A DNA stretch of 20,000 nt from NCBI RefSeq assembly GCF_004010195.1, contig NC_057728.1, positions 47,009,811 to 47,029,810 of the forward strand. Direction: 5' to 3'. Under the pieces are notes generated by a model. That model was given only the letters and a program-made list of their open reading frames with translations, was not told the origin of the DNA and did not search any database. This DNA is from Chiloscyllium plagiosum. Lineage: Eukaryota. Shown here piece after piece: positions 1-11,013 of this stretch; position 1 is the first letter of the stretch; each line of letters opens with the position of its first letter. The translations under genes were made by a program, and so were the position numbers.

Positions 1-809
1 AACACATTGCAGTCAACCTCAGGTAAAATTGCACCCAAGTAGATATATCATTATGTAATTATCAACTTTTGTTTTACACAATTGAGTTACAGAAGTAACA
101 GCCTATCGTTAGAAAGCATTTTGCAAAACAAAATACATGTTTAAGTTTTGCATTTCCATTACTGTGTAACATTCTTTAAAATAAAGTTCTTGAAGAGCTT
201 TATTGTGCTAACAAAACTGACAACCACTGACAGTGTCTAAAAACTATTTAGTCCACTAGCAAATTCTCCCAAGTACAAAAAACAAATGCAGATAATAAAC
301 ATTTTGGCATAATTCATTAGTATTGTAAAACCAATACTAGAAGTGTTGTTTCTTTAAGGAGAAAGATCAAACTTCTATATTCTATATCAGAATATGGATG
401 TTGACTGTCACAAACATCTTGAAATTTCACCCAGTTCACAGGTTTCAGAAGTGAAATGCGTGGCAGCGCTTCTGCTACTGAGGATGATGCATGTGTGCAT
501 TCTGTATCAGTGAAGGCTTTTGCATTCAGGGAAATGACATTCCATGGAATCACATGGTTGGTGAGGGATACACATCTGACGTTTCTGCTTGGAATGTGCA
601 AAGACTCTGAAGCTAAATACAGTTGTCATTTGCAGAATCTGTAGTATATGGTGTTAACAGCTACTTACTCCATGGAGACACATTACTGTAACTAATTAGG
701 AAAGAACAGTTGATCCCAATCAAACAAGACTGCAGTCACTTACGACCTTATCCTATTAACAACAGCAATATAACTTCTGTATTTTGCATCAGTTAAGACA
801 AACACTGTG

Positions 810-1442
810 CTGTTCCTTTATTGGTTAGAGTATTGAGTACAGGATTTGTGAAGTCATGTTGCAGCTGTACAGGACATTGGTTAGGCCACTGTTGGAATAT
901 TGCGTGCAATTCTGGTCTTTTTCCTATCAGTAAGATGTTGTGAAACTTGAAAGGATTCAGAAAAGATGTAGACGGATGTTGCCAGGGTTGGAGGATTTGA
1001 GCTGTAGGGAGAGGTTGAATAGGCTGGGGCTGTTTTCCCTGGAGCATCGGAGGCTGAAGGGTGACTTTTTAAAGGTTTATAAAATCATGAGGGGTATGGA
1101 TAGGATAAATAGACAAGGTATTTTCCCTGGGGTGGGGGAGTCCAGAGGGCATAGGTTTAGGGTGAGAGGGGAAAGATATAAAAGAGACCTAAGGAGCAAC
1201 TTTTTCACACAGAGGGTGGTATGTGTATGGAATGAACTGCCAGAGGAAGTGGTGGAGGCTGGTACAATTGCAACATTTAAAAGGCATCTGGATGGGTATA
1301 TGAATAGGAAGGGTTTGGCAGGATATGGACTGGGTGCTGGCAGGTGGGACTAGATTGGGTTGGGATATCTGGTCGGCACGGACGGGTTGGTCAGAAGGGT
1401 CTGTTTCCATGCTGTACATCTCTATGACTCTATAACTCTATG
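810..1442 (+). mobile_element. 5'-truncated CR1 LINE (ORF2 C-terminus, 3'UTR, 8-mer tail)
   Basis: ORF 940-1353 has CR1 ORF2 C-terminal motifs (LERIQKR, RLGLFSLEHRRLKGD, FFTQRVV.VWNELP). It ends in the tandem tail ctctatga/ctctataa/ctctatg. The 5' boundary is approximate. Confidence 0.95.
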
Positions 1443-1989
1443 GTAACTGACAGACTTTATGTTTGTCCTTATTTTGAACTAAAAGTAATAAACCAATTTT
1501 ATCAAAGTTTTAATTATGTTTAAGGTACCAATAATCTACCTTTCGTAATTGTTTTAATTGAATCTGCTTTAAAAAAAATGTTTGATTTAAAAAGAAATGT
1601 TGGCCTGCAAATATTTTTAGATATTTCCTAACATTTAACTGTTGCTTCACCGTGTGCCTGATTACAATATGTAGCTGAACCTGACCTGCGCCGCTGATTG
1701 GCTGCCCACTCCACAGGGTTTCTCAACAGCAGCATTCCGGCTTCCAGCTCTGAAAGGAATCTGTTCATCTTAAAAAGAGGCACTGAGTGAGTGGAAGCTG
1801 CTGCTAAGTGCTGTACTGCAACTGGTGACAATAGAAACAAAAGAAAACAGAGCAGCAGGACAAAGAGAAGGCTGCCAAGGTCAGTGAGGTGGCTAATATG
1901 TTGATGTGAGTTCTGTGGCATTTGCATACTCACACTTCAAGTAAGGTGAACTCTTGCTTACTTCTTGCAAGCTGCTTGCACCTATAAAG

Positions 1990-2143
1990 TTAAAAATCAC
2001 AAAACACCAAGTTATAGTCCAACAGGTTTATTTGGAAGCACTAGCTTTCAGAATGCTTCCAAATAAACCTGTTGGACTATAACCTGGTGTTGTGTGATTT
2101 TTAATTTTGTCCACCTCAGTCCAACACTGGCATCTCCAAATCA
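1990..2143. mobile_element. Short Penelope-like insertion (family A) in fold-back form
   Basis: 55-bp inverted arms at 1986-2040 and 2054-2108 (3 mismatches, 13-nt loop). TSD is tgcacctataaag (1977-1989) / tgcacctaaaaag (2144-2156). Shares sequence with the hammerhead-bearing copy at 17271-17397. Confidence 0.8.
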
Positions 2144-2276
2144 TGCACCTAAAAAGGACCCTAGTTCAGACTGCATTAGACCACTTCCTATTGGTTATCT
2201 TACACCGTACATGCTTATCGCAGGTGTAGTTGTGAGAATATACCTTACTGTACACTCAAACACAACTTTAGTTCTG

Positions 2277-2547
2277 ACTCAATGGCAACAGTGTGTATCA
2301 TCTACAAGATGTATGGCAGAAATTCACCAAGCATCCTTGGTAACATGTTCCAAAACCACAATCACTATCATCCTGGACAATGGGAGCAGAAACATTGGAA
2401 CACCACAAATTGCAATTTCCCCTCCAGTCCATTCAGCACACTGACCTTGACTTTCAGCATAGCTGTGACAAAAGCCTAGAACTCTGCCCCTAATGGCATT
2501 GTGTGTCCAGCTACACCAAATGGAGTGCAATGGTTCAAGAATGCAGC
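2277..2547 (+). repeat. Inverted duplicate of 3487-3757 (3' part of an old LINE)
   Basis: Manual alignment to the reverse complement of 3487-3757 gives 271 bp with one mismatch. ORFs 2282..2479(+) and 3555..3752(-) differ by one residue. Confidence 0.97.
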
Positions 2548-3414
2548 ACCTCTCACCCAACAGGAATCACCAGATTCAGATGTAGGGCCACACCCTCACG
2601 TACAATCCAATGACGTAAACCTCACACTCAAATCTCACTTCGTGCAAATACCTTCTTCTATTCAACAATCACAGCACATCCCCTAAATACAATGTAACAG
2701 AATCACTGACATTCTTCCCACCCCTCTCCCCACCATCACTGTCCGACAGCACATGTGGGCAAAGAAGCCAAAAAGAATCAGAGCTGGTCGGACCAGTTAC
2801 TTCCCATTCCATCCTGCTTTGCTTTATCGAATGTTTCCCTTTAGATGCTCTGCTTCCAGACACAAGGATTATTGTCAGCTGAGCCACAGCAGCCTCAGGA
2901 GGAAGCCAAGGAATAACATAATGTACTGAGAAACAAACACCATTACTTGATTTGACACTTGCATTAGATTCTGGTACTACACAAAATTTGAGGCTAGAAA
3001 TAAGATAACATCAACATGTGCTGAGTCTCTGTGTTTATCTTGACTTTTATGCAACTCTCTTTGTCCCAACATTAAGCCATTTTATGCATGTACACTGCTG
3101 TTTCTTGCCTGATCATCGATGCATCTCTACCTTCCTTTCCAGACTATGCTTAAAATCCACCTTTTTGCCCCAGCTATCAGTCACTCACCTGCTTCTTTGG
3201 TGGACAATTTGGAAGCTTCTTTTGAAGATTCATTCACTTATTTATAGCTAATATGTATAGTAAAGAGTAATCTGCATACATAGCCTGTGCCTTCAGTGCT
3301 ACAATGCAGAGAGCCTGCCATTATGTGATATCATCCAGCTGAAGGTGCCTCCCAGCTCTCCAAAAATCTTCCTCCTACTAATAACATCCCTTTTTACCAT
3401 AGGATCTATCTTAT

Positions 3415-5520
3415 TCTTAAGTCATTCATGGGACTTGGCATTAGCTGGCTGGGCAGCATTTATTGATCTTGGAAAATTGGTGGTGGGCTGCATTCTTGAA
3501 CCATTGCACTCCATTTGGTGTAGCTGGACACACAATGCCATTAGGGGCAGAGTTCTAGGCATTTGTCACAGCTATGCTGAAAGTCAAGGTCAGTGTGCTG
3601 AATGGACTGGAGGGGAAATTGCAATTTGTGGTGTTCCAATGTTTCTGCTCCCATTGTCCAGGATGATAGTGATTGTGGTTTTGGAACATGTTACCAAGGA
3701 TGCTTGGTGAATTTCTGCCATACATCTTGTAGATGATACACACTGTTGCCATTGAGTGTCAGTGATGGACGGAGTTCACATTTCTGGATATGATGCATTA
3801 AGTAGGCTGCTTTGGCCTGGCTGGTGTCAAACTTCTTGAATATTATTGGAGCTGCACTCATCAAGGCACTCATTACTATTGTCTTAGAAATGGTGGTCTG
3901 ACTTTGGCGTGGCATGAAGTGAATTACTCACTGCAAAAATTTCTAGCTCTCACAGTCAGAGTATTTATATGGCTAATCCAATTCAGTTCTGTTTAATGAT
4001 CACCCTCAGGATGTTGATAATGGGGGATTCAATGATGCAGTGCCAAAGAATGTCAAGAAACAATGGTTCGATCCTCATTTGTTGGAGATTTGTGTGGCAG
4101 GATTGTTATTTGTTACTTGTTAGCCTAATCTAGAAATTGTCCAGCAGCATATTTTATTATCTAAGGAGTCATGATGGAGACCTAGGACACCAGCCTGAGC
4201 AGTGTGCTCCAGGGGCTGAGTTAACCAATCTCCAACAAACACAACCATGACTCCAACCAGTGAGACCTTTTCTCCTGATTAGCCTCTCTGGGTGTCAAAA
4301 TGGATCATCCACTCAGTACTTCTGCCTGATGGTTATTACAAATATTTCAGACTTATCATTTGCACTGATTTGCTGGGTTCTGTCATTATTGAGGATGCAG
4401 ATGTTTGTGGCCCCTACTCCTACAATCATTTGTTTATTTGTCCGCCAACATTTATAATTAGATATGACAAGACTATGGAGCTTAGATCTGATCCATTGCT
4501 TATGGAGTTGCTTTGCAACTGTCTACCACTTGTTGTTTGTGCTGTTTGGCACACAATTCTTCCTGATTCATAGATTCACCAGTTCATGTCACATTTTCAG
4601 GTATGCCTTGTTTTGCTGTTGGCATGTTGATGGTAATGGTAGATTGGGAGAAATGCTGGGACCATGGGGTTGCAGATTGTGCTGGAGTACAATTGTTCTG
4701 CTGCTGCTGCTGCTGCTGCTGATGGCTCAAACTGCCTCATGGAAGCCCTGTCTTGCTTTGCTAAATCTGTTCAAATCTTTCGCAGTTAGCACAGTAATAG
4801 TACCACACAATATAATTTGAGAGATTCCTCAACAGGAACATGGACTTCATCTCCATAAGGGACTGAATTGGCATCATTCCATCTGATACTACTTATGAAC
4901 TGATGCTCTGGAACTGATTGATGATGATGAGGTCAAGTATGTTTTTCCCTCTGTTTGTTTCCTTCTCAATCTCCAACCCAGTTTAGCAGCTATGATTTTT
5001 GGGATTAGACCAACACAGTTAGCAGTGGTGCTGCTGAGCCAATCTTAGTAATAGGCATTGAAGTCACCTATAAAGAGTACATTCAGCTCCGCTGCCAATT
5101 CCTGCTACCCTCAATGCTTCTTCTAGTGGTCTTCAGTGTAGTGGAGTACCCATCCATCAGTGGAGGTAATGGTGGTTCACAGTAATCAGTAGGAGGTTTC
5201 CTTGCCCATGTTTGACCTAATGGCATAAGACATCATGGGGTACAGAGGTAATATGAGGGCTCCAAGGGCAACTCTCTCCTGATTGTATGCCACTGTGCCA
5301 CCACTTCTGTCAGAGAGGGTGTACATAGGGCTAGTGATGGTGTTGTCTTGGACATTTTGTATAAGATGTGATTGCATGAGTGTCACTATGTTGCTTGACT
5401 AGTCTGTGGCTCTCCCCAATTTGGTGAGGAAGACTTTGAAGTGTTGACTGAGCTATGTTTGCTATGGTCCTTCCCAGTGCCTAGGTCAATGCCAGGTGGT
5501 CTGTCCAGTTCCATTTGTCA
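3415..5520 (-). mobile_element. Old, decayed non-LTR retrotransposon (CR1/L2-like)
   Basis: Minus-strand remnants resemble LINE ORF2: RSGGTVAY (endonuclease-like, ORF 5186..5386) and MSAAPIIFKKFDTSQAKAA (C-terminal, ORF 3691..3915). The 3' end carries caataaatgctg, also seen near 8901 in the plus-strand copy. Boundaries are approximate. Confidence 0.75.
4698..4721 (+). repeat. (CTG)8 microsatellite
   Basis: Eight perfect CTG units inside the old LINE. Confidence 0.95.
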
Positions 5521-5669
5521 TTCTCTTATATCTATTTTTTAAACCACTGGCCAAAGTTATAATGTGCTTCCATTAAGTTTTAATGAATTCTGGTTACTTA
5601 CCTTCTCTTCTCCTCTCCAAATGTACAAGGTAGTCTTGCCCTTTCTCACAACTTTTATTTCTTTCCTTG

Positions 5670-5810
5670 CACGATGGCAATTTGGGAATTTGAATTCATT
5701 TAAAATCTGGATAATAAAATGCTGGCAGCAGTAAAAGTCACCATAAAACTGTCAAATTGTCATTAAAAATTAGTGGTTCATTAATGCCCTTTCAGGAAAG
5801 ACTTCTAGCT
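5670..5810 (+). mobile_element. Degenerate SINE fragment (possibly DeuSINE/SacSINE1-like)
   Basis: gaatttgaattc...aaatctgg...tggttcattaatgccctttcaggaa resembles a common shark SINE body. This is recall only, not aligned. Confidence 0.45.
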
Positions 5811-6452
5811 CCATCTAACAAGCATTTATGATGCAATACTTCTAAGGTTTTTAATATCGTTGGAGCTGCTTGGGTACGTTCAAAAAAGGGTGACCTTTCT
5901 TGTTGAAAATGGTTGTAAAATATTTTGAAAAAGTTTTTAATTCTGAATATATCTGTACCATCTATAGATACAACTCTGCAAGTAAAGTTATCTGAAAACT
6001 AACAAGGAAATCATCAATGTGATATGATTAATCTCAGGATTTAAAATCAGCCTTTCTTGCTGAGTTATATTGGGAATTTAATGTAAGTAGAAATTGGGGG
6101 TAAAAGCTTTCTACTGACTGGAGATAAATCTGGCCCAAAGGAAGGTGGTCGATATTGTTGAAGACCACTTTTCTCAGTCCTAATACATAGTTGCAGGAGT
6201 TTCTCCAGGCAGTGTCTTAAATCCAAATAAATGCAACTGCTTCACCAGTAATCTTCCCTACATAATAACATTGGATGTGGGGCCATTTTCTAATGACTGC
6301 ACAGTACTCAGTGCAGTTCCTCTGCAGGTCTATGCTTACATACACCAAGACTTGAAATATATTCAGGTTTCAGTAGGAAGGTTTCAAGTAGTGTTCATGC
6401 TATGTAATTGCCAGACAAGAGAGAGCTTGCCACCTTTTCTTTGTATTCACGG

Positions 6453-7040
6453 TGCAATGATGCTGCTTCTTTAACAAGGTTATTCTATCCTTGTTTTTTT
6501 TTCGAGAGAGGTTGTAAAATGTCTGAACTAGCTACTTTAATAATAGCTAACAGATGCTGCGTAAGTCAACAATCTGAAAAGGCTATCATGTATATTTGAA
6601 AAAAAATCTTGTACAATGAAAGTTTAGTGGCCGGTTCTCCAAATTCAGGATTTTTTCTAGTTTTGGGTTAGTTTTAGCTGGGGACCTCAAAAAGCAGCTC
6701 CATGCTAATCCTCTCTCCCTCTCTCTGACATCTCTGTCCTATAAGGTCTTGTGTTTGAATTTACCTTTTTGCCAAGGAGTTTGTTTATGGAATATTGCAG
6801 GAATTTGGAACAATTCTTTGTTAAGTTGTGTTGGTTGGGTTTCAAACAGTTATGTTATTTTAAATTTGGTTTTCTTTTGTTCATGTGTAAATAAATTCTG
6901 TTTCGTTTAAAAATTAGCTGCTTGACCGGCTGTGTCACTCTTGGAATATCCACCGTCCACCAGCTTAAAACAACTAGAAAAGTTAGGTTCTGGGCTTCCT
7001 TCTTAAAATGTTTTGAGGGGGTCTGGCCGAGTCCATAACA
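6453..7040 (+). mobile_element. Probable solo LTR
   Basis: A 588-bp block with TG...CA termini (tgcaatga...ccataaca) that interrupts the old LINE. Degenerate TSD acgg/actgg, AATAAA at about 6890, TATA-like cctataag at about 6738. Confidence 0.6.
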
Positions 7041-7299
7041 ACTGGCATACCATTGTCAAATCCCCCACCATTAACATCTTAGTGGTTGTGGTGGTGGGGA
7101 ATCACCATTGACCAGAACTGTTCTCAGCTACAATTACTGTGGATTAATAAATCATGTCAGGAAATGTTTGTCCATAACTGTAAAATCATCCATCATCTAC
7201 AAGTAAGGAGTATGATCCGACATTTATGATTTTTCTGGATGAATACAGGTCCGGCAACTCAAGTAGGCTGATATCTTTGAGGACAATGCAGATGATTTA

Positions 7300-7454
7300 C
7301 AGATGAACCTCGATTATCCGGCATTCGATGATCCGAAATTTGGATTTTCCGGAAAAATCGCAAGTTCCCAATCCGGTATGCGATTATCCAAACATTCAAT
7401 TATCCAAATAAAATACTCCCCGCCCATGTCATTCAGATAATGGAGGTTCCTCTG
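7300..7454. mobile_element. Tc1/mariner-superfamily (Tigger/pogo-like) MITE
   Basis: TA on both sides (7298-7299, 7455-7456). 21-bp terminal inverted repeats cagatgaacctcgattatccg vs rc cagaggaacctccattatctg (3 mismatches). The cgattatcc motif is reiterated internally. Confidence 0.88.
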
Positions 7455-7629
7455 TAATTGCCAATAACCTATCATCTTAGATATTCACTTTCTTTGTCAC
7501 TGGATCCAACAGTGAATGCGAACTGCAAGTTCACAGCAGCAACTCTCTCAGGCTACCCCTGCTGCATCTTCTAAATATGACACCAATTTTCATTCTCTTC
7601 CATTCTCTTTCAAGCATTCTCTTCCAAGT

Positions 7630-8731
7630 AGAAAATAGACAATAGACAATAGGTGCAGGAGTAGGCCATTCTGCCCTTTGAGCATGCACCATCATTCAAT
7701 ATGATCATGGCTGATCATCCTTAATCAGTATCCTGTTCCTGCCTTATCTCCAAACCCCTTGATTCCACAATGCTTGAGAGCTCTATCCAACTCTTTCTTA
7801 AATGAATCCAGAGACTGGGCCTCCACTGCTCTCTGGGGCAAAGTTTTCCACACAGCCACCACTCTCTGGATGAAGAAGTTTCTCCTCATCTCTGTCCTAA
7901 ATGATCTACCCCGTATTTTTAAGCTGTGTCCTCTGGTTCAGCACTCACCCATCAGCGGAAGGTTTCCTGCCTCCAGAGTGTCCAATCCTTTAATAATCTT
8001 ATATGTCTCAATCAGATCCCCTCTCAGTCTTCTAAACTCAAGGGTATACAAGCCCAGTCACTTCAGTCTTTCAGTGTAAGGTAATCCCGCATTTCAGGAA
8101 TTGACCTCGTGAACCACGCTGCACTCCCTCAATAGCCAGAATGTCTTTCCTCAAATTTGGAGACCAGAACTGCACATCGTACTTCAGGTGTGGTCTCATC
8201 AGGGCCCTGTACAGCTGCAGAAGCACCTCTTTGCTTCTATACTCAATTCCTCTTGTTATGAAGGCCAGCATGCTATTAGCCTTCTTCACTACCTGCTGTA
8301 CCTGCATGCTTGCCTTCATTGACTGGTGTACAAGAACACCCAGATCTCTCTGTACTGCCCCTTTACCTAAATTGATTCCATTGAGGTAGTAATCTGCCTT
8401 CCTGTTTTTGCCACCAAAGTGGATAACCATACATTTATCCGCATTAAACTGCATCTGCCATGCATCTGCCCACTCACCTAACTTGTCCAGGTCACCCTGT
8501 AATCTCCTAACATCCTCCTCACATTTCACCCTGCCACCCAGCTTAGTATCATCAGCAAATTTGCTAATGTTATTACTAATACCATCTTCTATATCATTAA
8601 CATATATTGTAAAAAGCTGCGGTCCCAGTACTGATCCCTGCGGTACCCCACTGATCACTGCCTGCCATTCTGAAATGGAGCCGTTTATCACTACTCTTTG
8701 TTTCCTATCAGCCAACCAACTTTCAATCCAT
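7630..8731 (-). mobile_element. 5'-truncated CR1 LINE with RT core
   Basis: ORF 8071..8715 has SGVPQGSVLGP, KFADDTKL, WQMQFNADKC, RDLGV and VQFWSP, then frameshifts. The 3' tail (tagacaa)n lies at 7630-7652. Confidence 0.96.
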
Positions 8732-10153
8732 GTAACATATTACCCTGATTTGCAAATATATCGCCATTTCTTTACTGTCATTGGGTAAAAGTCCTGAAAC
8801 ACCTTTCTCAACAACACTGCTGCCACACTACACCAAATAGACTGCAGCATTTCAAAAAGGTAGCTCACCCACCCTCATCTCAGGTGCTAGAATGGATGGG
8901 CAATAAATGCTGGCCTTGCCTTTGATGGCCATATCCTGTCAAGAAATATGAGACGGTTTTAAACAAATTTAATTCACTGCCCTCCATAGCCCCACCCAAG
9001 ATAGCAGAAAAATACATGGTGGAAGAGAGAAGAAACAAAATTCTAAAATCTAAAACTAGGTTCCCAAATCATAGAGAGCATATTTACTTACCATTTAATC
9101 TAGGTCCATACTGGACCTGGTGTTGGCGAATGAGCCCAGCCAGATGGTTGAAGTTTCAGTCGGGGTTTACTGTGGGAATAGTGATCACAATCACAGTTTT
9201 AGAATACTCATGGAACAAAGACAAGTGTGGTCCTAAAGGAAAATTGGGGGAAGGCCAACTATGCCAGAATCCGGCAGGAGCTGGGGAATTTAGATTTGGA
9301 GCAGCAGTTTGAAGGTATATCCACATGTGATATGTGGGATGCTTTAAAAGAGAGATTGATTGGACTTCAGGAAAGATACATTCCTGTGAAAATGAGGGAA
9401 AGAAATGGCAAGATTACGGAACCATGGATGACAGGTGAAATAGTGAGACGAGCTAAGAGGAAAAATAATGCGTACATAAGGTCTAGGTGACTGAAGACAG
9501 ACGAAGCTTTGGAAGAATATTGGAATATAGAACCAATCTGATATGAGGAATTAAGAGGGATAAACGAGGTCATTAGATATCTTTAGCAAATAGGGTTAAG
9601 GAAAATACCAAATCCTTTTATTCATATATAAGGAGCAAGAGGATAGCTGGAGAAAGGGTTGGCCCACTCAAGGACAAAGGAGGAAAGTTATGCATGGAGT
9701 CAGAGAAAATGGGTGAGATTCTTAATGAGTACTTTGCATCAGTAGTCACTGAGAAGGACATGACGGATGTTGAGGTTAGGGATAGATGTTTGATTATACC
9801 AGGTCAAGTTGGCATAAGGAGGGACGAAATGTTAGGTATTCTAAAAGGCATTAAGGTGGACAAGTCCCCAGGTTTGGATGAAATCTATCCCAGGTTACTG
9901 AGGGAAGTGAGAGAGGAAATAAATGGGGCCTTAACAGATATCTTTGCAGCAGCCTTGAGTATGGATGAAGTCCCAGAGGACTGGAAAATTGCTAATGCTG
10001 TCCCCTTGTTTAAGAAAGGTAGCAGGATAATCCAGGTAATTATAGACTAGTGAGCCTGATGTCAGTGGTAGGGGAGCTGCTGGAGAAGATACTGATTCCC
10101 ATTCCCAGGATCCATTCCCATTAGGAAAAACATGATTTATCAGTAAAAGCAAA

Positions 10154-10283
10154 TTACTGCGGATGCTGGAATCTGAAACCAAAAGAGAAAATGCTGGAAA
10201 ATCTCAGCAGGTCTGGCAGCATCTGTAAGGAGAGAAAAGAGCTGACGCTTCGAGTCTAACAGTTTTGACAAAGGGTTTTTGTG
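10154..10283 (-). mobile_element. Short Penelope-like insertion (family C) nested in CR1, with disrupted hammerhead remnant
   Basis: Interrupts the CR1 RT region. Direct repeat aagcaaa at 10147-10153 and 10284-10290. Shares gctggaaaa..cagcaggtc.ggcagcatc with family B. The reverse complement reads gactcGAAGCGTCagc. Confidence 0.7.
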
Positions 10284-11013
10284 AAGCAAAATGGTTTTGT
10301 ACAGGGAGTATCACGTCTTACCAACTTAATAGAACTATTTAAGGAAGTGACAAAGTTGATTGATGAGGGAAGGGCTGCAGATGTCACATACATGGACTTC
10401 AGTAAGGCATTTGATAAGGTTTCCCATGGTAGGCTGATGGAGAAAGTGAAGTCGAAAGGGGTCCAGTGTGTACTAGCTAGATGGATAGAGAATTGGCTGG
10501 ACAACAGGAGACAGAGTAGTAGTGGAAGGAAGTTTCTCAAAATGGAGACCTGGGACCAGTGGTGTTCCACACGGATCCATGCTAGGACGTGTTATTTGTG
10601 ATATACCGGAGGTAAGTATAGGTGGTCTGATTAACAAGTTTGCAGATTACATTGAGATTGGTGGATTAGCAGATAGTGAAGGGGACTATTAGAGAATACA
10701 GCAGAATATAGATAGATTGGAGAGTTAGGCAGAGAAATGGCAGATGGAGTTCAATCCAGGCAAATACGAGGTGATGAATTTTGGAAGATCCAATTCAAGA
10801 GTGAACTACAAGTTAAATAGGAAAGTCCTGGGGAAAATTGATTACAGAGAGATATGGGTGTTCAGATCCATTGTTCCCTAAAGGTGGCAACGCAGGTCAA
10901 TAGAGTGGTCAAGATGGCATAGGGCATGTTTTCCTTCATTGGACAGGGCATTGAGTACAAGAGTTGGCAGGTCATGTTACAGTTGTATAAGACTTTGGTT
11001 CGGCCACATTTCG

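Larger units (their letters stand above)
6090..8940 (+). mobile_element. Old decayed LINE (same family as 3415-5520), interrupted by three nested insertions
   Basis: Degenerate RT motifs GVSPGSVLNP (about 6196, cf. GVPQGSVLGP) and FSNDCT (about 6287, cf. FADD). The element resumes at 7041, 7457 and 8732. Its 3' end (ctgcagcatttcaaaaaggtagctcacc...gggcaataaatgctggcc) is similar to 2500-2547 and 3450-3520. Confidence 0.7.

Noticed and set aside
317..644. Overlapping ORFs (94 aa minus, 62 aa plus) as coding exons
   Set aside because: No recognisable domain and no convincing pair of splice sites.
1685..1745. CCAAT box (ctgattggct) in a small GC-rich patch as a promoter
   Set aside because: A single motif with no CpG island or identifiable downstream gene.
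2282..3752. Twin 65-aa ORFs as a duplicated small gene
   Set aside because: They are incidental frames in the duplicated LINE 3' region.
4464..4820. Poly-leucine membrane-like ORF
   Set aside because: The Leu run comes from the (CTG)8 microsatellite on the antisense strand of a decayed LINE.
5596..5680. Strong minus-strand donor AAG|GTAAGT near 5601
   Set aside because: No matching acceptor or meaningful frame, and it abuts repeat remnants.
7300..7420. Short spaced repeats as a CRISPR-like array
   Set aside because: The units are about 10 bp, degenerate, irregularly spaced and lie within the MITE's inverted repeats. There are no cas genes.
7590..7628. Three copies of cattctctt next to the CR1 tail
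   Set aside because: Ordinary slippage or junction filler.
8071..8715. 214-aa RT ORF as a functional gene, or a retron/defence-type RT system
   Set aside because: It is a 5'-truncated, frameshifted CR1 ORF2 fragment with a CR1 3'UTR and tail in a vertebrate repeat context.
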